From: a virus | Lineage: Duplodnaviria > Caudoviricetes | Virus record (IMG/VR): IMGVR_UViG_3300010344_000850 | Location: 1 to 64,000 of that record | Direction: 5' to 3' (one strand) | DNA: 64,000 nucleotides | In this document: positions 27,095 through 36,224 of the stretch, piece after piece | How the letters are laid out: every line of letters begins with the position of its first letter | How positions within the stretch are numbered: position 1 is the stretch's first letter | The notes under the pieces: generated by a model | What the model was told of the DNA's origin: nothing | Seen by the model: the letters and a program-made list of their open reading frames with translations, nothing else | Database searches by the model: none | Position numbers and translations under genes: made by a program

Positions 27095-27647
27095 TAGAAA
27101 TTATTGGAAAGAGTTTTATAAAAATAAACATATTAATTTACCATCCGATTTCGCTAATTATACTGTTAATAGTATCGATTTTTTAACAGAAAATGTAAGT
27201 ATAGTTGATATAGGATGTGGAAATTGTAGAGATAGTAAGTTGTTAGCTGCGTATTCTACTGATGTAACTGCCGTCGATTATTCTGCTTGGAATCCGAGCG
27301 GAGAATATAAATTTATACAGTCTGATATTGAAGATTATATTAAGAAACCGTGTAAACACGATATTGTTTATTCAAGATTCTTTTTTCATTCAATTTCAGA
27401 TAAATTAATAGATAAAATTTTAAGATGGACAAAAGAAGGATTATTTGCTGAGTTTAGAGTTAAAGGCGATAAACCTATTCTTTATACGAAACATAAAAGA
27501 AATTTTATAGATAGTAATAAATTTTTACAGAAACTTTTAGAATTAAACTATGAGATTCTTGCATTTCATGTAGGACGAGGATTAGCTAAATATAAAAGTG
27601 AAGACCCGCTTGTATGTCGAGTAATCGCTAGAAAGAGAAAAAAATGA
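27084..27647 (+). CDS. class I SAM-dependent methyltransferase
   Basis: Probable TTG start 27084; YW..FY, PS.FA, VDIGCGN.RDS, YSRFF.HSI. Confidence 0.8.
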   Translation: MKNNRNYWKEFYKNKHINLPSDFANYTVNSIDFLTENVSIVDIGCGNCRDSKLLAAYSTDVTAVDYSAWNPSGEYKFIQSDIEDYIKKPCKHDIVYSRFFFHSISDKLIDKILRWTKEGLFAEFRVKGDKPILYTKHKRNFIDSNKFLQKLLELNYEILAFHVGRGLAKYKSEDPLVCRVIARKRKK

Positions 27648-28225
27648 CAGTACCGTTATGGGAAAGAGGACAAGAGGGGGGTAGAACTCGTCCTATTAAT
27701 CAAGATAATGCTTATAAAAATCTATGTGAAATTTATGATATATTACAGTATTTCGGAGTAAAGTGTTGTTTATCTCATGGCACTTTATTGGGAGCTTATA
27801 GAGAAAATAACATTATAGATACTGACGACGATGTTGATTTGTGGGCAGATATAGATAGCGTTAAAGATAGAATTGAATTAGAAGATTTTATCAGAAAAAG
27901 AGGATTTTATGTTCCTCCTCTAGGAGACAAAACAAAACCTGTTAATCCTAAAGAAAATGCACCTTATTCCGATACAGTAGCTATTAAAAACGGAGAGAAG
28001 GTCGAGGTATGGTGGTTTAAAAAAGAAGGCGATTATTACTACTATGATATATATCGCCCTAATAGTAATCAGTACATTCATCATCAAAAATTTTATGAGC
28101 CTTTAAGCTCAATAGATTTCAGGGGAAAGAAGTTTAATATTCCTTCATTTACGGAAGAATGGTTAGTTATGGCTTACGGAGAAAATTGGAAAATTCCTAA
28201 TAGTAAAGATAAATATTTTGTCTAG
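27644..28225 (+). CDS. LicD-family phosphoryl transferase
   Basis: LSHGTLLGAYRE..II..DDDVD, F.IP...EE.L...YGE.W.IP. Confidence 0.85.
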   Translation: MTVPLWERGQEGGRTRPINQDNAYKNLCEIYDILQYFGVKCCLSHGTLLGAYRENNIIDTDDDVDLWADIDSVKDRIELEDFIRKRGFYVPPLGDKTKPVNPKENAPYSDTVAIKNGEKVEVWWFKKEGDYYYYDIYRPNSNQYIHHQKFYEPLSSIDFRGKKFNIPSFTEEWLVMAYGENWKIPNSKDKYFV

Positions 28226-29222
28226 TATGATAAAAATTTTATGGATTTATAAATACGACCCTCGTTATAATTTTGACCATCATTTACATATGGATGTAGC
28301 TGAAGATTTAAATAACTTTTCTAATGTTAAAGTTATAGCCTACGGAAAGGGTTTACATGAGTCGAATCCTAGATTATGTCCTTTTTCTTATCGTGAGGAT
28401 ATGACTCTATTAGCATTATATAATGCTATAAAATTTGATTTAATAATTGTTAATACTAAAAGTCGTTGTTTTGATTATTACTGTCCCCCTCTTGTTATAG
28501 GAAATACCGAAGGAGAAAGAAGAAAAGGAGAATTACTTCCGTCGGATTTTTCTACTTTTAATAAAACTCCTAAAATTATGATAGAGGAAGATTATCATTA
28601 TGAGGTTAGTGACGATTGGTATAAAGAAAAGGGATTTAATTTAATCCTACAGCGTCATTATTCTAATTTTATTAAAGGAAAAGAAATGAAGAGCGGAATA
28701 GAACATCGTTTTTTTCCTTTTTCCGTTGATATTAATAAATTTTATGATAAAAAACTATCACGTATCAATAAAATAACTTATGTAGGTTCTTTAAGTGAGG
28801 CTTATTATTCGGATAGGCTACAGGCTTTAAGAAAATTATCGGCTTACGGATTATTACAGAGAGATACCGAAAAACATATCGTAGATAACTGTTATATCGA
28901 TAATTTAAATAAATATGTTGGTCATTTATCTGGTCAGTCGAATTTTTTTATTAATCCCGCTAAAAATTTAGAAATTATTTCGAGCGGGTCATTATTAATT
29001 TCAAATAATCACTCTAAAGCTGGTTTAGAATATATTTTACCTAATGATTGTTACATTTCGTATGACGATACCTCAAGCGATATTGTCTCTAAAGTTCAAT
29101 ATATTTTAAATAATTCAGATAAAAGATTAGAAATTGTAGAAAAAGCCACTAAATATGTTCGAGAAAACCATAATCATCAAATTCGACATCAACAATTATT
29201 AGATATAATAGGAAAAATATAA
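28218..29222 (+). CDS. GT-B glycosyltransferase (Glyco_trans_1_2/CgeB-like)
   Basis: PFSVD...F, YVGS...Y..R, K.LEI...GSLL, V.ENH....R..Q. Confidence 0.75.
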   Translation: MSSMIKILWIYKYDPRYNFDHHLHMDVAEDLNNFSNVKVIAYGKGLHESNPRLCPFSYREDMTLLALYNAIKFDLIIVNTKSRCFDYYCPPLVIGNTEGERRKGELLPSDFSTFNKTPKIMIEEDYHYEVSDDWYKEKGFNLILQRHYSNFIKGKEMKSGIEHRFFPFSVDINKFYDKKLSRINKITYVGSLSEAYYSDRLQALRKLSAYGLLQRDTEKHIVDNCYIDNLNKYVGHLSGQSNFFINPAKNLEIISSGSLLISNNHSKAGLEYILPNDCYISYDDTSSDIVSKVQYILNNSDKRLEIVEKATKYVRENHNHQIRHQQLLDIIGKI

Positions 29223-30145
29223 TGTTTAAAGTTTGTTTTATAAGCCATCATTTCAATAGCCCTCAAATTCTATTAGATGATATTATCAAAATGACTCCGA
29301 ATAGAAGTGGAAAATGGAAGGATATGGAGGCGGTATTAAATCCTTTTGAAGCCGATGTCGTTATTTGTCTTGACGGTTATAGTAATATCCCTTATCCTGA
29401 GGATAGAGCTTATTACTTCGGACAACACCCTTACGGGTGCGGAGCTTTTAAACCTTTAACAGATAAACCTAAAGATAGGAGCTTTCCTAATAAGGAATAT
29501 TTAAATCCTGGAGAATGGTGGATAAAGTTTGATTATGATTTTCTCTCAAATTTAAAGCCTCCTACAAAAGAAAAAGAATTAGTAGCTGTTTCTACGTATT
29601 ATAAAAATCATAAAATTACTTATACTAATAGAATTGAGATGTTAGAAGAAGTTGTCAAAGCAGGAGTAAAATATGATTTGTACGGAAGACAAGAGGAAAA
29701 CTTTAGAGCGAATCCTCTTCTTAAAGACTACTATAAGGGAGTTCTAGGAATAAAGAATTTTGACCCTCTGAAGGGAGAACATATAGTAGGAAAAGAAGAC
29801 TTACTTAAATACGAATATTCAATAGAGATGGATATAGGAAGAGACTCCGACGGAGGGCCAGTCTATAATTACTTCTCTGAGAGATTATATGATAGTTTAT
29901 TGTTGTGGTGCTTCCCTTTTTATTTCGGAGGATATAATTTACAGGATTACCTTCCTAGTCAGTCTTTTATGTATATTCATTTAAACACAGAAGAAAAAAG
30001 AAAGAAATCGGCTTTAGAAATAAAAGAAGCTATTCAAAATAAAATAAGGGATAAAAACATAGAAGCTATAGCTGAAGCTAGAAATTTATTACTTAATAAA
30101 TATCAGTTATGGGCTTTTACGTATGATAAAATTAAAAAATTATGA
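29222..30145 (+). CDS. GT10 (fucosyltransferase)-like glycosyltransferase
   Basis: DLYGR, K..L..YEYSI.MD...NYFSERLYD.LL.W.FP.YFG..N...YLP. Confidence 0.7.
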   Translation: MFKVCFISHHFNSPQILLDDIIKMTPNRSGKWKDMEAVLNPFEADVVICLDGYSNIPYPEDRAYYFGQHPYGCGAFKPLTDKPKDRSFPNKEYLNPGEWWIKFDYDFLSNLKPPTKEKELVAVSTYYKNHKITYTNRIEMLEEVVKAGVKYDLYGRQEENFRANPLLKDYYKGVLGIKNFDPLKGEHIVGKEDLLKYEYSIEMDIGRDSDGGPVYNYFSERLYDSLLLWCFPFYFGGYNLQDYLPSQSFMYIHLNTEEKRKKSALEIKEAIQNKIRDKNIEAIAEARNLLLNKYQLWAFTYDKIKKL

Positions 30146-30699
30146 AAAAACTACACTTAGCTTGTGGAGATATTTATCTTAAAGGTTATGAAAATGTCGA
30201 TATAGGAGGAATATTATCTAAGGAGTGTTCAAGAAAAGAATTAAACAAGAATAAAACTACCTTAAATAAATATTTTAAATATTCCTTCGGTTCTCCTAGA
30301 AGAAATATTATAGTAGATAAAAAAATGAATTTATTAGATATTTGGAGTTACAAGGAAAACAGTATTGATGAGATAGTAATGATTTCTTGCATAGAACATT
30401 TCTCTAAAAAAGACGCTGATTTTATTATAAGTGAAGTTAAAAGAGTCCTTAAATCAGGAGGTAAATTTATTGTAGACTTTCCTGATTTGAAAGAACAGTT
30501 TCTTAAATACTACGAAAAAGACCCTGAGTTTTATATGGAACTAGTTTATTGTAATCACAAAAATCAGTACTCAATACATCATTGGGGATACACTGAGGAT
30601 ACGTTTAAAAAGGCTCTAGGTGACTCTTTTTCGTGTGTTAAAAAAACCGTTGTTAAACATGATTATCCGATGATAGGAATAGTAGCTACCAAAAGATAG
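30142..30699 (+). CDS. SAM-dependent methyltransferase-like protein
   Basis: KLHLACG..YL.GY.NVD, S.DEI.....IEH, RVLK.GG...V.FPD, H.WGY. Confidence 0.8.
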   Translation: MKKLHLACGDIYLKGYENVDIGGILSKECSRKELNKNKTTLNKYFKYSFGSPRRNIIVDKKMNLLDIWSYKENSIDEIVMISCIEHFSKKDADFIISEVKRVLKSGGKFIVDFPDLKEQFLKYYEKDPEFYMELVYCNHKNQYSIHHWGYTEDTFKKALGDSFSCVKKTVVKHDYPMIGIVATKR

Positions 30700-30702
30700 T
30701 TC

Positions 30703-30731
30703 TTGACAAATTAAGAAAGGTATGATACACT
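30703..30731 (+). promoter_or_regulatory. extended -10 sigma70 promoter
   Basis: TTGACA, 17 bp, TGaTACACT. Confidence 0.55.
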
Positions 30732-30732
30732 A

Positions 30733-31329
30733 ATGAGACTAGTAACCTATTATACGGAGGGAGTCTATGAGGAAATAGCTAACGAGTATATAATCCCTTC
30801 TTCTCAAAAAATCGGAGTAGAGCTATTTCAGGTTAAAATACCTAGTCAGCGTTCATGGAAAAAAAACACGGCTTTAAAAGCCTCCTGTATTTTATCGACT
30901 ATTGAAGAACTTAACGATGATATAGTAATGATAGACGCTGACGCTACGTTTGAGAAGTATCCCGAATTACTTTTTAATATTCCTAAAAACTTTGAAGTAG
31001 CTGTTCATTATTTAGATACTGAGTATTTTTGGAGAGGGCAATTAGGAAGTTCTAAAAGAGAATTATGTTCGGGAACTATTATGTTCAGAAATTCACCTAA
31101 AAGTAAAGAAATTCTTAAAAGGTGGATAGAAGAGAATAAGAAACATCCTGATATATGGGAACAGAAAAATCTACAAAATATAATTAGACCTTATGATATT
31201 TATGTTTATCAATTACCTATTGAGTATCTAGCGGTTGTTCATAGAGACGGAAACGTTCCTTCTTTTATTAAAGAACCTGTTATAATTCATCACCAAGCCA
31301 GTAGACGAACCAAAAGAATGGAGTTATAA
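30733..31329 (+). CDS. GT-A nucleotide-diphospho-sugar transferase
   Basis: W..NT..K...I, IDADA DxD motif, SGT..F, W...N...WEQ.NL, LP.EY, I.HHQASR. Confidence 0.75.
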   Translation: MRLVTYYTEGVYEEIANEYIIPSSQKIGVELFQVKIPSQRSWKKNTALKASCILSTIEELNDDIVMIDADATFEKYPELLFNIPKNFEVAVHYLDTEYFWRGQLGSSKRELCSGTIMFRNSPKSKEILKRWIEENKKHPDIWEQKNLQNIIRPYDIYVYQLPIEYLAVVHRDGNVPSFIKEPVIIHHQASRRTKRMEL

Positions 31330-31330
31330 T

Positions 31331-31965
31331 TTGAAAGAACAAAAAATTATTACTAAAGAAATCGACCTAAACAATATTGTACCTAACAAATTCAACCCGA
31401 ACGTTATGCCTAAGGGAACGTATAGAAGTTATTGTCTTCTCTTAAACTTATCGGCTTGTTGAGTCCTATTACTGTTCGTTATCTTGATAAAGAATACGTT
31501 TATGAGATTATTGATGGACAGCATCGTGTTCAAGCCCTAAAGGAGCTTGGATACAAGAAGGCTACTTGTATCATTAAAGAGTGTACTGACGAGGAAGTAA
31601 AAGAAATTATCTTCGCTTCGGGTATCAAAGGGAAACACGATAGTTATAAGAGTTTAGAAATTATTGAAGAACTAGGAAAAAATAGCGATAATCAAAAATT
31701 AGACGCTTGTAATCTTGATAGAAATAAAGTTAAGAGGCTTACTAAGTATTCAGGAATACCTAAATCTAAGTCTACTAAACATCTGAAAGACGAAATTCAT
31801 ACAGATACAGTAGAACCTTGTACTGATTATAAGCCTATTTTTCTTTGTCCTCTTCCTCAAGAAGAATATCAAGATTTAATGAATCTTTTAAAGTCGATTG
31901 ATAAAGACCTTGTATTATCTCTAATTCAATTAAAGAACGAATATAAGAGGTTAAAGAGTGTTTAA
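31331..31965 (+). pseudogene. ParB/Srx-like N-terminal domain protein, split by a 1-nt frameshift near 31424
   Basis: TTG 31331 gives ...IDLNNIVPNKFNPNVMPKGTY; continuation KLLSSLK..GLL.PITVR...YEIIDGQHR..AL.ELG is in the -1 frame. Confidence 0.7.
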
Positions 31966-33973
31966 AAACTATTACAGCCACTATAAGTGCCGTTTTGAGA
32001 CAATCTTCGCTCCTGGAACTCGAATGCTTCAAAATGGCTTTCCTTTGAAGGCTGATACTCATCAATCCTGTACAGGTTTTTGTCTTCACGGAGATACTAA
32101 TGTATATTTATACGACGGAAATGCAATTAAAATAAAGGACATTAAAGTAGGAGATAAAGTATTATCTGTTGATATAGATAAGAACTTTGAAAGACAAGAA
32201 GCTACTGTTTTAGCTATAGGAAAAAGAGAAGTAGAAGAATATTATACTTTTAAATTAGGAAGAAAAAGACTTAAAATTACAGGAGAACATCCTGTTTATA
32301 CAAAAGAAGGATGGAAAGAGGTAAAAGACTTAACTAAGAATGACTATGTGAGATGGTTTCAGATTCATAACGCTGAGACTAAGAAAATTTGTTCAGAGCA
32401 AAAACTAGGAGATAAAAATCCTATGTGGAAACCTCTGACTTTACAAAAAATTACAGATGCTTTTCAGGAATTATCTCATAATCCTAGCGGTTGTTGGGTA
32501 AAGGTAAGGTATTTACAGAAAATTAAAGAAAAAATCACCGTATATAATTTTGAGTGTACTCCTAACAATAACTATTTAGCTGAGAAGTATTTAGTTCATA
32601 ACTGTAAGTTCTGTCTAGGGGACGAATTTAGAGAGTCAGTTTTAAAGCGTAACGGTATTCAACAAAATAAGAAGGTAGCTAGACTTCTTGATATTAAAAA
32701 GTTCTCTAGGTTTGTAGAAAACGCTTATCAGAATAAAAGAACAGCTACACCCTTTATGGATTGGGCTATTAGAAATAAGGGTTTTATTGAATTAGGGACT
32801 ACAGGCGAGACTTTTCAGAAAGAAGATTTGTTCTTTAGAACTAGCTACAATTTCTTAAAGATTTGTTCAGAATATCGTATTCCGTTATTTTTAAACACTA
32901 AGTTAGGACTTGTTTGCAATAACGAGGAATATTTTAATCTTTTAGCTGACTATAAAGCTCCTATTGTTGTTTGTTGTTCTTTTTCTACTACGGATGACGC
33001 TGACGGAAAGATTTTAGAGCCTTTAACTCCTCTTCCTTCGGTTAGGCTTAAAACATTAAAGGCTTTAGGACAGTATTCTCATATCAAGACTTGTATTTAC
33101 GCTTCTCCTTTTATTCCTAGTATCACGAATAAAGACCCTGAGAAGTATATCAAGGACGTTATGGAAGCGGGAGCGTTTTGTGTTCATTTAAGAGATTTCT
33201 TTATTCAGGGAAGTATTAGAAACAATTATTATTGGAAACAATATATTGAGAAGAATAAAGAGTTCCTAGAACCTTTTCCAGGAGGTTATCATGTAAATTA
33301 TGCCACTAAGAAGAAGTTCTATCAGAAGTTTACTGAATTAGGTAAACAGTATAATCCTCAGTTTGAAGTAGTAGGGATGAAGGCTAAGTGGTTTGAATTG
33401 AATCCTTTTCACGGAAAAGCCGTTTATGACTATCTTCCTAAAGAGTTTAAGGACGGAGTTTCTGATTTTACCGCTATCCCTATCTTAAGGAAGATTAGAG
33501 AGCGTTTAAACGAGCCTCAGTTACTGGTTTATAATAAGCTAGGACACGACCCTAAGAAGATTAGGCTTCCTGAGCGTATTAGAAGTAACGAGGGGAATAT
33601 TAATAATGTTATGGATTCGAGGTCGAACTGTTCTACTCCTGATGTTCAATATGAATTAACAGGAGAAGAATGGCTTAAAGGAGTGACGTGGAACGGATGG
33701 ACGAAGGATGAACCTAGCGGTTTTATGAGCGAACTAGACTATATCTTTCCCGTAAAAGGAGCTAAGGGATATACTAAAGACGAGGACGGAAATTATCTTT
33801 ACGCTTATATCCCTAAAGAATATTTCAGATTAGTTAAAGATGAAAGTAAAACTCGTTTATTTACACCTACAGAAATGAAAGAGTTTAAAAATCCTTACGT
33901 CGATATTCTAGACGTAGGAAAGTTTTATATTCCTGAAAGACAAAGAGGAACGGAGGATAAATTTCTTGTCTAA
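31958..33973 (+). CDS. radical SAM protein (spore-photoproduct-lyase-like) containing an intein
   Basis: After intein removal DTHQSCTGF|CKFC forms CxxxCxxC; LGTTGE.FQ, NTK, LEP..P.PS.RL..LK.L, PFIP.IT motifs. Confidence 0.82.
   Translation: MFKNYYSHYKCRFETIFAPGTRMLQNGFPLKADTHQSCTGFCLHGDTNVYLYDGNAIKIKDIKVGDKVLSVDIDKNFERQEATVLAIGKREVEEYYTFKLGRKRLKITGEHPVYTKEGWKEVKDLTKNDYVRWFQIHNAETKKICSEQKLGDKNPMWKPLTLQKITDAFQELSHNPSGCWVKVRYLQKIKEKITVYNFECTPNNNYLAEKYLVHNCKFCLGDEFRESVLKRNGIQQNKKVARLLDIKKFSRFVENAYQNKRTATPFMDWAIRNKGFIELGTTGETFQKEDLFFRTSYNFLKICSEYRIPLFLNTKLGLVCNNEEYFNLLADYKAPIVVCCSFSTTDDADGKILEPLTPLPSVRLKTLKALGQYSHIKTCIYASPFIPSITNKDPEKYIKDVMEAGAFCVHLRDFFIQGSIRNNYYWKQYIEKNKEFLEPFPGGYHVNYATKKKFYQKFTELGKQYNPQFEVVGMKAKWFELNPFHGKAVYDYLPKEFKDGVSDFTAIPILRKIRERLNEPQLLVYNKLGHDPKKIRLPERIRSNEGNINNVMDSRSNCSTPDVQYELTGEEWLKGVTWNGWTKDEPSGFMSELDYIFPVKGAKGYTKDEDGNYLYAYIPKEYFRLVKDESKTRLFTPTEMKEFKNPYVDILDVGKFYIPERQRGTEDKFLV
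32081..32602 (+). mobile_element. mini-intein (174 aa) inside the radical SAM CxxxCxxC motif
   Basis: CLHGDT start, IT.EHP block B, VYNFE...NNY.A..YLVHN|C end. Confidence 0.9.
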
Positions 33974-34601
33974 AAAAGTTACTATAGCTTGTTTTTCGGA
34001 TAATCACGGAAAAATTGTAAAGAATATTCCCAACGCTGATATTGTGATAGCTTGTGGAGATGTTACGTATGACGGAACGAGATGGAGTTTAGACAAATTC
34101 TTAGGTTGGTTCTCAGAGCTTCCTCATAAAGAAAAGATTTTTATAGCGGGGAATCACGATTTTTGTTTACAGAATGATATTTGTAAGGCTATGATTCCTA
34201 AGAATGTTGTTTATCTTCAGGATACTCTTTATAAATCTAAAACAGGATTAAAGATTTACGGAAGCCCTTATGTTCCTAAATTTTTTGATTGGTGTTTTAT
34301 GAAAGAAAGAGGAGAGGAAATATCGGAGGTATGGAAAAAGATTCCGAAGGGACTTGATATTTTAGTGACTCATGGACCAGCCTCAGGAGAATTAGACGAG
34401 AATAAAAGAGGAGTACAGTGCGGATGTTACGATTTAGGGAGGTATATTAATATTAAAAAACCTAAAGTTCATCTGTTCGGTCATATTCATCACAGTCGGG
34501 GTATGAAAAAGCTAGGAGATACTCTTTCAGTAAATTGTTCAATTTTAGATGATGATTATGATTATGTTTACAAACCCTATTTAATCGAGGTAGAAAAATG
34601 A
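33966..34601 (+). CDS. metallophosphoesterase (MPPED/239FB-like)
   Basis: SD.HG, GD, IAGNHD, YL.D, IYGSP, DILVTHGP, GC..L, HLFGHIH. Confidence 0.9.
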   Translation: MSKKVTIACFSDNHGKIVKNIPNADIVIACGDVTYDGTRWSLDKFLGWFSELPHKEKIFIAGNHDFCLQNDICKAMIPKNVVYLQDTLYKSKTGLKIYGSPYVPKFFDWCFMKERGEEISEVWKKIPKGLDILVTHGPASGELDENKRGVQCGCYDLGRYINIKKPKVHLFGHIHHSRGMKKLGDTLSVNCSILDDDYDYVYKPYLIEVEK

Positions 34602-34939
34602 TAAACTTTAACGGAAAAGTTACAAATAGACCTTATTTTGTTCTGAGACAGCTCTTTCTAGCTTCTCTTGTTATTTTAATGTTTTGTTTATTTGTTAAGA
34701 TAGCTTATTCAGAGGAAACAGAAAGTCAAAAACGTTATATTCAAGGAATTGAAGACGAAATCAAAAGGCGCCATGAGCTAGAAATGGCTAAGGCTCAGAT
34801 TGAGATTTTAGCTAGGTTAGAGATGGCGGGGGCTTCGAGGATTAATGTTTCTAACGGAAGCTATAGTTCTTCTGAAAGTAAGAATAAAATTAATAATATA
34901 TTCAAAAACAATAGTACTCAGAAAAACACAAACAAGTAA
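34598..34939 (+). CDS. hypothetical membrane-anchored protein
   Basis: N-terminal hydrophobic helix. Confidence 0.6.
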   Translation: MINFNGKVTNRPYFVLRQLFLASLVILMFCLFVKIAYSEETESQKRYIQGIEDEIKRRHELEMAKAQIEILARLEMAGASRINVSNGSYSSSESKNKINNIFKNNSTQKNTNK

Positions 34940-34948
34940 GAGGTATTC

Positions 34949-35323
34949 ATGAAGAATGGCTATGATATTCGGGTCGTCTATGACGAAGAAAAGAATAAGA
35001 TTCTTCTAAAACCTGAAGGAAAAGAAATCTACATTTTCGGTCAAGGAGATGATAATAAAAGAGAAGATATTTATAATAAACTGAAAGATAAAAACATCTT
35101 CTTTCATAAGCTCTTTTACGCTCTTAAAAGTAAATTAACAAAGCTTAAACTAGCTCTTATCAAGAACTATCAAATTGATACATTTTATGAAAGCGATATT
35201 AAGGTAGCTAGAGAACTTAAAAAAGAGAACAAGGATTTAGAGGTATTTATTCCTGTTCCTGATTTCTCTAACTCCTTAGATAATAAGGACATACGACAAA
35301 AATTAAAGGATTTTAATAGCTAG
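34949..35323 (+). CDS. hypothetical protein
   Basis: SD GAGG; operon context. Confidence 0.6.
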   Translation: MKNGYDIRVVYDEEKNKILLKPEGKEIYIFGQGDDNKREDIYNKLKDKNIFFHKLFYALKSKLTKLKLALIKNYQIDTFYESDIKVARELKKENKDLEVFIPVPDFSNSLDNKDIRQKLKDFNS

Positions 35324-35340
35324 GAAATATATTTCAAAAA

Positions 35341-35379
35341 GGGGTTGACTTTTAAGCGTTTTTTGATATTAAGAATTGT
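35341..35379 (+). promoter_or_regulatory. promoter motif GGGGTTGACTTTT-N-TATTAAGAATTGT, copy 2
   Basis: Same motif and 16-bp spacing as 19450-19488; followed by SD AGGAGG. Confidence 0.65.
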
Positions 35380-35393
35380 AGGAGGAGATAAAA

Positions 35394-35867
35394 ATGAAAA
35401 AAGGTAAGAAAGAAGTTCTTACAATAGAATATGACCCTTATAGCTACATTTACGAGTTAAGAAACGTCGTTACTGAAAAACGCTATATAGGGCAAACTAA
35501 AAATTTAAAATTGAGACAGTGGACACACTTCTATAAGCTAAAAGAGAATAAACACGGAAATAAGGAATTACAGAGGGATTTTAATAAGTACGGAGAAAGA
35601 AACTTTGTCTTTTCTGTAATTGAGAAAGTTTTAGAAGGAGAAGCTAACAAGAGAGAGAAGTATTGGATAAGGTCGCTTAGAGAAAGAAATTTATCTTATA
35701 ATCTTCAAGACGGAGGTAGTCCTGAAGATAAACTAGTCTCTAATGAAACATGGAAGAAACTAGTTTTAGCTCATATCGGTAAAAAACACAAAATGTCAAC
35801 AATAGAGAAGATGAAAAAAAGTCAAAGGGAACGTAGGTTAAAAGAAAAAGGATTAATCAATGTCTAA
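35394..35867 (+). CDS. GIY-YIG homing endonuclease with NUMOD3-type tail
   Basis: YIYEL.N.V..KRYIGQT.NL..R..H...L....H.N..LQ.DFNKYG..NF.F..IE, E..WI, YN...GG, H...TIEKM. Confidence 0.88.
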   Translation: MKKGKKEVLTIEYDPYSYIYELRNVVTEKRYIGQTKNLKLRQWTHFYKLKENKHGNKELQRDFNKYGERNFVFSVIEKVLEGEANKREKYWIRSLRERNLSYNLQDGGSPEDKLVSNETWKKLVLAHIGKKHKMSTIEKMKKSQRERRLKEKGLINV

Positions 35868-36210
35868 AAATAGTAAAGCTAATAACAGTAAGACTAAAGA
35901 AAGTATGAAGTGTAGTTTTTGTAATAAGAAAAGGAATACTTCTTTTTATTCCCTTTCTAAGCTTTTAGTAATGACAGATAAGAAAGTTGTCGAAGTAGGA
36001 TTACTCTCTTTAGTTAAGAATCTTAATTCTTATACTATTAAACATTGTATTCATTTATCGGGTTCTGAGATTATCCTTTTTAGACCTGATATTTTTGTAG
36101 AATATCTTAAGGAATACTTTAAAGAGAATATTGTTTCTTATAGCTTTAAAGAATATCAAATTTGTGAACACTGTTTTAAAGAGTATAAGATTTTAGTTCC
36201 CGAAAAATAA
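35860..36210 (+). CDS. hypothetical protein with two CxxC motifs
   Basis: CSFC...CEHC. Confidence 0.55.
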   Translation: MSKNSKANNSKTKESMKCSFCNKKRNTSFYSLSKLLVMTDKKVVEVGLLSLVKNLNSYTIKHCIHLSGSEIILFRPDIFVEYLKEYFKENIVSYSFKEYQICEHCFKEYKILVPEK

Positions 36211-36224
36211 GGAAAGGATAAAAG

